From the NCBI RefSeq assembly GCF_964204645.1, contig NC_134031.1, forward strand, positions 10,604,088 through 10,668,087: 64,000 nucleotides of DNA, read 5' to 3'. Under the pieces are notes generated by a model, which did no database searches, was not told the origin of the DNA, and saw nothing but the letters and a program-made list of their open reading frames with translations. Shown here one piece after another: positions 51,901-63,900 of this stretch. The stretch is from Tubulanus polymorphus (taxonomy: Eukaryota > Animalia > Nemertea). A program made the translations under genes and the position numbers. Numbering within the stretch: the first letter of the stretch is position 1; each line of letters opens with the position of its first letter.

Positions 51901-54900
51901 AAGCAGGTTAATATTCACCTTGGCTCATTGACCAGAATATACGGTGTAAAGAGTATTGTTTAAATCGTAAATCACAGAAAGTAAGATTTAGAGGGCATTT
52001 GCCCTTTAAGACAGGATACTAGCATATCATCAAAAGAAACAACAAACCTCGCCGCATGATTTGTTCAATCCCATTTTCCCCTTTGACATCAACACACTCA
52101 GTAACCGCATGATAATCAACCTGACCTCATGGAATGGGGTTCGCCTACACATTTCATCAGCATCACTAACATCCTGAAAAAAAAGTATTTATCGCTTAAA
52201 TTGGTAGCCAAATGTAAATTATGCATGATTCTTGTGAATAAAATCGCCACTATGCCTTAACTGTAATAAGCCTAAAGAGACAGTGGTCAGTGTCCAACAT
52301 CCCTATTGTGCAGATATATGTGAAGGAATTGTTGGCATCTAGGACATATACCAAGTAGCGCCCATAGCTACTTTTAATGAGAAAAAGCAAAATTCATATA
52401 CAACATACACTTTATTTATTTACCTCCTGCACAAAGTTGAGTTCAGCAAGTAAAGATGTGAGAAGATTGTCAAGTGCAAGGCGATCCTTTTCTTCATCAC
52501 TGTCTAAGTCACAAGTCAACATGTGCAGAACCTGCATGTAGGGAATAGCTCTGACACCCCCAACATCTCGTACTTCAGGTAGATATTCCAATAACCTTTC
52601 CAGGAGACGTAATCTTAGATCATGTAATCTGGAAAAAATTTCAACTATCCAAACTAATTCCAGCCACAAGGGAAACCAAAACGATTCAATTGATACCTAC
52701 TTGATTGATTTATCATAATCAGCATCCGTATCTAGTCCTTCCTCATGATGCATTGAACCCATCGGTATTCCAATACTACTAGTTTCACTACGAGCACCGG
52801 TAGTAGCACTCTCAGGTATAGCATCACCATATGCACTGCTACGTCCACTGACTGTAAATTAGACGCATAACTCATAATCATCTTTCACAGCAGTATCATG
52901 TTATCCTTGTAGGGTGAAAGATAGATCAATCAAGAGGCCACACAGTCTGTCATTTACACAGCTCTATCAATATATATATAGACGATGCATACACATAACC
53001 ACACGCACACTAATACGCACGCACGCACACTAATACACAGAACTTCGTGCTGTGGGAATAAGAAATGTAACATGGATACTGTTTGAATGCGCTTTAAATC
53101 TTGATATTTAGAGGCTAATTGTGAGTACAGTGGAGTTCTGATTAATATCATGTGCAGTGCTTGTCAATGCACTGTAGTACTTGTGATATATTATGGTTTC
53201 ACCAACAATGGAAGTAAGTTACAGTAGTTTATATTCGTTCAGTGTGTAAAAAAGGGAATAATAAAAACAATAACAGTAATAATAATAAGAATAACAATAG
53301 AGGGTTGAAGTATTTTCTGTTAGCTGTAACAAGACTTAAATAGGTAACCACATAGATTCAACATGGAGACTCTCAATGGTGGCGCCACCAAAGAACAGTC
53401 CACGTTATGAAATGGGAGTGTTCTGTCAGTAGCACCTCCAGCAAATCACATAACCGGTGATTTTTCAAAGGATCACAGATTTTAAACATTTTTCCCATTT
53501 ATCATAGCAATAGCGAACAATGTTTCTTACCATTCTGTTCACCAGATATAGAATCAATTGCACTGCCACCACTTTCTGATCCGGCACTACCCCCATGTTC
53601 TGCTGGAGAAGTTCTTAGTGTTGATCCATCTGTAGCAGCTGTACTACCGACTTCATCATCACTTCCTGGAGCTGATGCTGTTGTGTCTGAATAATGGCTG
53701 CTTTCGACTTGACTTTGAACTCCAAGTCCAAGACTTTGTAACCTCAAACCACCACTTTGACCAGGCTACAAAAATGATGTCATATGTTCGCATTTTCGCA
53801 TTATAAAATTACATTCTCATGAAATATCTTACATGTATTGGGATTTTCAACCCATGTACTGACTCCTATATGAACATATCTTGCTAGTAAAGCCATAATC
53901 TGCCACAGTTTCTTAATCAAAAATCAGTTTGAGGATGTAAATACTAGAACATGGATCAACATAAGTGGTGAAAAAATCGTCCAAGAATTATTATCCTTGC
54001 CCCAGGTGGCAACATAAGGAACCTGAAAACCCAAATTTCTATAATAATGTGCCTCGAACCAATTCCCACCAGTGCATTAAGTTTAATAAAAATCTTTCGA
54101 GAATTGAAGGTTATCGCACTAACAACAACACTACTTCCAGGTGGCCACAAAAAATTTGGTTCTGATTTACCTGTTCTTGAAGACTCAATGCAATTGCCAG
54201 TTCAACCATAGTTTCATCATCAGCATCTGGCGGAATATCTAACATAGGTGGAAAATTACCACTTCCCAGAAGAGCCTCTAAAGGACTTGGGTTAGGAGGA
54301 GCACTAGCCTCTTCTGGTTCCAACTCCATTTCTTCCTATAAAACGAAATGATTACATTTCAACACAAACAGTATCTATTTTAGCTAAATTGACAAATTGA
54401 TGCTACCTAGTAAACTAGATATTTTTGACCTAGTTAGTAAATGCAGTTAGATGGGCTAGGCAATTATTCAACAACAATATTGACAGGTACACAAATAATA
54501 CCGATAATAACGACGTAACCCATCAAAACAAAAGAAGTAAATACACCATTAAACTTACTATTTACAGCATTTTATTTACTCATTTACCTCATAATTTATT
54601 TCTGCAACATGCTCAGACAGTTGAGGTGATTTCTGTCGGCCCCTGGCTGAAGTTTTCTCGGCTTCATCATCCTCGTATACCACAGTACCTCCTGGTGTAC
54701 TACAATGAGGTGGGGATGGTATAAACACTCTCCGTCGGCGATGACGCGGTCGTAAAGCTCGCACCATTGCTTGTTTGCATGAGAAACTTATTGTGGGATC
54801 CTATAAATCAAATAACAATGCCATAAACATGTTGTCAATATAAACATCCATATAGAGCCAATTCACAATCAAGAAATAGATAATTCGCAAGACATTTTTC

Positions 54901-57900
54901 TTCATTAAGTCATTCTACTAGTTTATCGTTTTATTGAACATTTTGCAACTTTTACCATGTGAAGTAAGTCTCTTTTGTTTGTTATATTGCATCAATGAAA
55001 AAACAATTATGTATGAGGAAAACACAGAAATCACTCGGGCACAAGTCCATGAAAACAACACCAAAAAAAGAAAAATCGAACAATCTGGCTATACAGCTAC
55101 TAGAATTACCTCACAAAGCAACATTCGTACGTAGAGTTTGGTTGCCAGATTGCAGCTATCAAGATCAACTGAGGTGTAGGAATGGATGATATCAACAATT
55201 GCAGACACTGTAGCTTCAATATGAGTCAAACCTAAAGATATACATTTTACAAAAGTTCATACATCTACGTAGTCACTTATATGAATTCTGCCTGTCACCA
55301 ACTGTACCTGGTAAACACGCAGGAGCTAGTGCTGGATTCACTGGTCGTTTCGCTAATAGATCCCAGAAGTGATTTACTAGCTGAACCATAAAATGATTTG
55401 ATTCACTGGGACTAATATCCATAAGCTTTCCAGTGTTCTTAACTTCACCTGGAATTATACAACATTTCAGTACACGATTACTTAAAATTCATTAATGTGA
55501 CAGGCAACAATACTTTCATGTTAAAGGCCCACAGGCAGTATTAAAGCCAAATCAAAGTCACACATGCCAGTTTCTATGAACCTATGGAGCAGTTAAGTGC
55601 CCATATTAAGGTCATTGCATTACAGTATCTATCACTATGTAATATACATATGTACTGTGCGAGCATGTACTGGTGTGTGTGTAACAGTCCCTATTGATTA
55701 GAACGTGCACGTGCTTGAAATGTAAAGTGAATGTTCGCTTACACGTCTATGGTCAATCAAAACAAACTATGGGTATTAAATGAAACAATAACGACGGCAG
55801 ATGTAAAATACATTCTCATAAGCTCAGCATTTGGAATTCGCATGTTTTCGGTACCCCACCATTTTGTAGCTTCCTCACCATTTTGTAGCTTTCCCACTAC
55901 ATTAGCAGCGCTGAAATACCCATATATATGATGGGCCCTTGGGGAATTCAAATAGATTCTAAAGATCAAGGAAATCAAACCATCTTCGAAATTTCCCTCG
56001 AAAACTTCAAAAATGTGTAAAAAGTGCTAATTTTGGCAAACAACAATAGCTGCCAGTTGGCCATCTTGAATTTGACCCGGCCAGTTTTTGGGCTGAAGAT
56101 GTGTCTAAGGTAGATACATGTTTAAACCAATTATCAAGACATTACCTTGAAGCGTCTTCAAAACTTCCCAAAATAACTGGATTCCGTCTACGGACGGATG
56201 GACGGACGGACGACGGACGAAAAGTGAACGCAATAGCCCGCTGGGACTTAAGTCCCTTCATGTTTACATCAGAAAAACATTTTGTGCCCGGCATGACTTA
56301 CAGTCGGGTTACTCTGACAGTCCATCAGTTTTGGGATTTACCAAATGCATAAGTTTTTTTCATTTCTGGTATTTACTAGGTCACAATATCCACCCCCTTG
56401 TCGTGTACTACATGACGCACTACTCACTACCATTCGTATAAAGACAATATTCCCTGACGTTAAGAGGCGCATAGGCAAGCGTCTCCTCTCTACCCTCATG
56501 GCCTCAAACTTAAGGTCCGACCAGCCAGCCAGCGCCGGGCGCCGGATAAACATCCTGAGAGCAGGCACGATTATAAACCACAGAGCCTGCAGCCCGAAAG
56601 GCGTTATTGAAGCTACTCACTGTACGTTTATATGCTTAAAAAATCTGGTTTATATGATAGATGTTCAATTATGCAAATTAGTACAGTGCAGCAATTGTTC
56701 GCACATCAAAAGTAAAGTTTTTTCATTAATATTACTACTGACAAAAATGAGTATAAAAATTTCAAGTACGTCATAATTTATATTTTAAAAGATTATCCAT
56801 AAAACTGACAAATTTAACTCCGACAGTACACTAAACGCGGCGCCACTAGTGCTAGTGACTGATTCATTGATCCGAGCAATACAAAATTTCCCACATCCCA
56901 GCCCACAAAAATGAGGGCATTAATCAAAAATCCGCATCGATAGCTATCTGCTCGCCCACCCACTGGATGTTCATGAGAAATTTCAACATTCAACTCGCAG
57001 CATTTATCAAGGAGATGTTCAAAAGGTTACTCTCACGTTTCGAGTCATTTTAATAAGTCTAAGCTACGCTAAGCTTAGACTTAATAAAACCCGGAAGTAA
57101 AACGGTAGACGATACCGTCGGTTTACGTGAACTCCTGCTGATCTCTGCGGCTAAGCCAATCACAGAGTTGTCATTGCTTTCTGATTGGCTTTTAAAAACA
57201 GATATTTCTGCGTTCAGATTTTCGCGTAAAAGGTCATATAAATTTTAACGATGCCCTTTTTCAAAATTCAGCTTTATAGGAGTTGGAGAATGGATAATGC
57301 TCTAATGAATGATTTGTGTGAATATGTGCTCAGTTACACAGTAAAAGAGCATTTGCTCTGGAAACAATGTCATTTAAATTCAGTCCATTTGTATAGTAAT
57401 AGGCTCAGCCTACGGCTGGCCTAAAAATCAAAGATCTATCATTCTTCATTTCACTGTATTGAACTTCAGTACCTGATTTGTGGTCTTCGATCATTGTGCT
57501 GCTATCTGCCTCTGTAAATCGGACAAAATTAATAGGCCTAGCTACTGCTACTGAACGTGCTGTTACTAACAAACGCTGGAACGCTTCACCATCTAGTTCA
57601 ACCTGCTTTGGCATTAAGCACTGCACAACATAGCTCAGTTGGGCCTGATCCTACACAAAAAATAATTCACAGAATCAGTAAACAAGAAAAAAAAAATTTC
57701 AGAAGGGTTTCATTCAACATCAATACAACATTACTGTCATCCTTATAAATCGTTCAGGAATGTTTCAAAAGGTTAATGATACTTTGCTTGTCACGGATCT
57801 CACAGACCAACAAGTGGCCCATGGGCCATGGAGCATTGGTAGATTATACTGAGGTACAGCATTAAGTGGTTAATATTTTACATATGCCGGCAAATGTACA

Positions 57901-60900
57901 AACAATGGTTGGTAGATCAGGGCTACAGATTTTAAGTCAATTTGTCTTAACGTCAGGGATGAAAACTGGCAATTTCAAAAGGTCAGAAATGTTAATCAAT
58001 AATCATACCAAGAGCCCCAAGGGGCACTTTGGCCAGCCTGTCAGCTTTTAATAAAATGGCAAATGATGCATTCTGTGGGTTAAATTTGTCCAAATACACC
58101 CCCAGCTCATAGACTAGTCAATCCAAGGCTAATAATTTACACAATTCAATTGTTGTTTCATAAGTAGCACAGACAGCGACTACAGCTGGAAGGAACAAAT
58201 ACCTCAGATAAACCTTTTCCCTTGGTCTTATTGATTTGAATGAACCTAGTTCAATAAAGTAAAATTGAATTGGATTTCGTTTTTGCAAAATAAAATTTTT
58301 TAAAATCCTAGACTTTGCACAATTGTCAAAGATATTTTCTGTTGTGCAAAAAAAATTTTCCTCCCAAAAACCAAATCATCTAATCATTTCACAGAAATCG
58401 ATATTGAAATACAATTAGATCTTAAAAACCCGGAATTAAAACGGTAGACATTATCGCGGGTTTAAGTGAACACCTGCTGATCACTGCGGCTAAGCCAATC
58501 ATAGAGGAGTCTTCGCTATCTGATTGGATTTTTAAAACAGATATTTATTTTTGCGATCAAATTTTCGCGAAAAAGCTCATTTGAATTTTAACGAGGCCCT
58601 CTTTTAAAATTCAGCTTCATAGGGGTTGGAAAATGGATAATGCTCTAATGATTGATTTCTATGAATGTATGCTCAGTTACACAGTAAAAGAGCTTTACTC
58701 TGGAAACCATGTTATTTAAATTCGCTCCATTTGTAAAGTAATAAAAGAAACTAGTATTCGCAACGAGGGGGGCCTCGTCCTACAATACAATGCTTATGAT
58801 TCAAATAGATAGTTATTGATTTAATTTGTATTGTCTTTTTGAATGGAGGGAAAACACATATAATGAACGCTTTTCAGTTCGAAGCACTTTTATGGCCGCT
58901 GTGATCTCAAATTTACACTGTTTTCAAGAATGATGGAAGTGAAACTGAAAGGTCGTGAATCCATCTTTGGACGGAAGATATTCATCCCTATAATGTACGA
59001 TTTTCATTCAAGCTGAAAATTAATTTCATTTTTCTGCTGAATGATTTAGCTTTGCTAATTGTATTTGACACACCTCTCACTTTATTATTAAACCCTTTAA
59101 ACTTAGAACAATCCGGAAATGTGTTATTGGCTATGAGGTAAAAATCAGCATACTTTTAACCCCGGAAAAAGTATTGTATTTTTAGCATGATGGATTGATG
59201 CCAACAACTGACCTTCTTCTTTTCAATTGCCTTGCCTATCGATTGGCTAATTTGCATTTCGTATTCATCAGAATTTTAATTCTGATTGAACATTTATTTA
59301 CGTTCCAAAGACTTAATTGTAAATTTGCTCCATTTTAAATTTTGGCAATTATATCTTGGGTCCAGAGACACAAAAATTTGATATAAACCGGCTCTTTCTA
59401 TGTGGAAGTAAAAACTGCAGTGTGTACAAATGTATACGTTTTGCAATTGCAATTAAAATCGATATATAGCACACTCGAATTCGGAACGCTTTATAGGAAT
59501 TGGCAAAAAATGTCTACTGTCTCTGTCACACGACGTAATTTTGTTACTAATCAATTTATCTTAACGGGGCGCCAGTTACATAGTATTGTTATGCTAATAA
59601 ATAGGGGATGACGTCATAGCAACATCTCTGAGCGTCTGCGGTGCGGTTTTTTCAGCAGTACCTGAGCTGTATGCCGAACTATGGCTCAAAAATGGAAATT
59701 AGGGGTCCAGGGACACCATGCCCACTTGGAAAGTGGTTTCAAATGCTCAAAATGCTCAAAAACAATTTGAATATTTAACGCCCCCTGGCGACCATACACA
59801 AAACCCAATGACCTTGAAACTCACCACATTCAGCATGTCAGCAGCTATAATTTTTGCAAATAGTTGTGATAACAATATATGCCTCAGTACCAATATAATA
59901 TGGAAATACTAAGTTATTCTACTATTCAACACCCCTGGTGACCATATGCAAAACCCAATGACCTTGAAACTCACCACATTCATACAACATGTCAGCAGCT
60001 ACAATTTTGCAATTGGTTGTGGTAACAAAATATGCATAGGTACAAATATGATAAGGAAATACGAAGTTATTCTACTATTCAACGCCCACTGGAGACCATA
60101 TGGAAAAATTAATAACCTTGAAACTCACCACAATCATACAGCTTGTCATGAGCTACAACTTTGTAATTGATTGTGGTAACAAAATATGCATAGGTACAAA
60201 TATAATATGGAAATACTAAGTTATTGTATCATTCAACGCCACCTGGTGGCCATATACAATAACCAATGACCTTGAAACTCACCGCAATCATAGACCATGT
60301 CATGAGCAACAACTTTGCAATTGATTGTGGTAACAAAATATGTTTAGGTTTCAATATTATGTGGAAAAACCTTTTTCCACCTACGAATGAGTACTGATGA
60401 CACCAAGATGGCCACCAATTGTGTGATCATAGGCTGATAAAAAATACCTATCTCAAGGATTGAAGATCTCTTTCCATAGATTAGCCAACACAAATTTCAA
60501 AGAAAAATGGCAAACCAGTAGGAAGCTACAGGACTCAGAATTCAGGCCAAAATTGACATTTTTGGGCACAAAAAAGGTCACAGGACGGCCATCTTGAGTC
60601 CGATCAACCCAAATTTTCTTATGCTGATGGGCACTTGGGGGATACAAATACCTACGAAAGATCAAGGTAATTGATCAAAGCGTCTTCAAAATTTCCCTCA
60701 AAAACTTTAGATATGTGTAAAAAGTGCTGATTTTGGCGTACAACAATGGCTGTCATCTTGAATCTGACAGGGCCAGTTTTTGGGCTGAAGATGTGTCTAC
60801 GGTAGATACATGTGTAACCCAAATATCAAGACATTACATTGGGCCCTCTTCAAAACTTCCCAAAATAACTGGATGCCGTCTACATTCGAACGGACGGACG

Positions 60901-63900
60901 GACAGACAGACGAAAAGTGAACGCAATAGCCCGCTGGGACTAAAGTCTCAAGTGGGCTAACAAAAACAACTTGAGCGAATATCGTTTATTAGACGAAGTA
61001 GGATGGCAGAAAATTTCCAAAAATTATGATTTAAACGCATAAAAGATCATTAAAGAGTTTACATAACAATGTATATAAACATTGTTGTAATGGTTTTTAC
61101 GGCGTCAAAACAGTGACATCATAGCGTACACTTGCTGACCGCATGTTGTGTGTTGGTCCGAGACAATGCTTGATGTGATAGCATCATATCAAGCAACATC
61201 AAAAAATCTCACAACTATTCAATTGATTTCAATTCCTGTGAACATGAAAATAAAGATTTCCTGCACTAAGGTGATGATGTTAACCTGAATAATTCCAGGA
61301 ACAATATGTCAGTCATAGAAATGCAACAGCAGCAACAAGCAAACTCAAAACACTATTCTTTACCCTTGCACCTACTCGCTGTTCAACAAGTATGCGTGAA
61401 ACTATCCAACCAATCAAGTGAGGAATCCCATAGCAGAAATGGCATCACTTTCGATTATAACCAATTTCAAAATTTCAATCAACTCACAGCGATTTTATGG
61501 AAATGTTTCACAAATATTTCCCGCAGTAACAACACTTCATTCTTTGCTGAACGTCGCTAGAAATTTGATGTCTTCAAAAACAGATAACGCTAAACCCTAT
61601 AGATCTAACATAAATGTAATAAAGTCTCACTCAAGTTAGCTGGAATAGACAGAACAAGTTTTATCTGGCAAAGATGATACCTTGTGATTGTAATAAGCAG
61701 TCCTGTTGGAATGAAGAGCAGCCAGAAGTGATTTAGTGTACTGTTGAACATTACTAGGTACTGGTATTGTTAACATTGATGTAGCAAGGTCTAATGCTGC
61801 TTGTCTCGCAGATTCTCCATCCTCTCCAAGAGTCGTTACAGAGAAACAACCATCAAGAACTTCCAATGAACTCGCCAATAGCCTATAAAACAAATGTGCA
61901 AACCCTACAGGAGGACAAATGAAATGAAAGTGGTGGGCCTTCTGGCCAGAAAAAAAGATTGTTCTAGAATTGGGTTACCCATAGCTGCTTTGAGAGTAAG
62001 ATTTATATACGTGGATAACGATACTGTTACAAAGAATTTACCACTAGGTTTGATCAAGGATACCAATGAACAGAATGAGGAAATAGATCTTGAAAAGGTC
62101 ATATTTGTATCAAAGACTAAAGTGGTATTGGATGCTCAATATGTACGCCGGAAGAGAGGGGGATTTCCAATCACAAACTTTTGAATATAAATAACTAGGG
62201 GATTCAGAGACACGATGCACATTTGACGATCTGACAATGCTTGACAATCTGACAATTTCAATATCATTACTACCTGGTGAACGAACACTGTGATCAATGA
62301 ACTTGAAACTCACATTGATGTGATCCATGATCATAAAGGATTACAGTCAAACCTCGTTACAACAAAGTTCTGGGGGCAAAATAAAAACTTAGTTGTTTCC
62401 GATACTTCGTTGTAAAGGTTGGACACTATGGAGTGGTGGTCTGGCTCTAAAAATTTATATGCATACAAAACTCAGCCATATAGCCATGGCAGTGACTATT
62501 ATAACTTGATATATTAAATTAAGATTTCTAATTTGAAAATAAATCCTACCTGTCAGTTGCAGTAAGGGGCAGAGGAACTAATGATGTTATGTCAGGATCA
62601 TATCCATTTGATGCAGACCCATCAACCACAGGCAGTACTGATTTACTAGGCCCTGTATCAGGTATATCATCTGTGTCTTCTGGCCAACCAAATGCTTCTT
62701 TAGTCTTTGTATATAGTTTAACAGAGTCTATAATTGTCACACCAGAGGCATCCGCACTGGCACCGACTAAGAAAAAGAGATTTCAAAAATTTTGAATTTC
62801 AAATTATCTCTATCACTTTAGGACAAGAGATTAGTCAGGACTGAAAGGGCTTATATGTTGTTAGTCCTCAGTTGAAGGGATAAAGTGCTGTTAGGGTAAA
62901 AAACAGATACCTATAGTTTCTTAAATTTTCAGGTTGAAAATTGACAAAACCACCTCAATTTTGATATATCAATCAATGAAATCAAGAATTATTTCAAATA
63001 AAATATTCTCCTATGAAAAAAGGTATAATTCTTTTATTAACCCTCGATAACCCTCAAAAGGCTTACCCAACATGAAACCTCAGGACCACCGATAAGTCTC
63101 ATGGAGGGGCTTCCCGAGGCACCACGGCCTAGCAATTCCCAAACCAGCTGTCAGATTTGAAATTCTCAAATCTGCTGTGAAATTGGAAAAACTGCCGACT
63201 TAAAACCCTTAATCATGCACTTTCAATTGTAATTGATAATAGATAGAGAATATATTCTGCAAACTCTCCTACAGAGGGAGTGCAAGGATTTCAGATCTGC
63301 TACTCATCACACCAACCAGCTTACTTCTTTTTGGTGCATTTTCCAAGCAATAAATGAAATCTTGATGCAAATTTACTGCATTGAGAAAATGACCTTAAAT
63401 CGGACCCTGGGACATCGAAAAAAATTGCACTTGTTGAAATAGAGGACTTAGAGAACATTTCTTCAATTCAGAGGGCATTAGAGGACACTTTCTAAAATTA
63501 GACGATTGAGAGGATATCTGGGAGCCCTGGTTGAAGACAATATGAGTAAATAATTATACAAAGCTAAATTCTTTTTAACTGGTTCAACACTCACAGAAAA
63601 TACTGAATTTTTTATCTGTTAACAATGACTCCTCGCGTGTTAAGGCTAAGTCATACCATCGAGATCGGGTGAACACCTGGAAAAATCAATCATAGTCATC
63701 ATAGTCCACCTGATATTTATTACAGGAAGATACATACATATACATGTACATGCACATAAACATATACTCACCGGGGTATTTCGACCAAAGATTTCCAAAT
63801 ACACTGGTGCTCGTTCTGCACTGTGATTACCCAGAAGTACACGTATGCCAACAACAACATTGTTTGGATTTGTATGAGTAATATCTAGCGTGAATCCTGT

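Noticed and set aside
56345-56776. 143-aa plus-strand ORF
   Set aside because: No recognisable motif; lies among repeat fragments.
61894-62334. AAMGNP peptide suggesting a Penelope-like RT
   Set aside because: Only a six-residue match, without the neighbouring RT motifs.
62589-62795. Short plus-strand ORFs opposite UBR4 exons and DIRS ORFs
   Set aside because: Antisense shadows of real coding sequence with no independent support.
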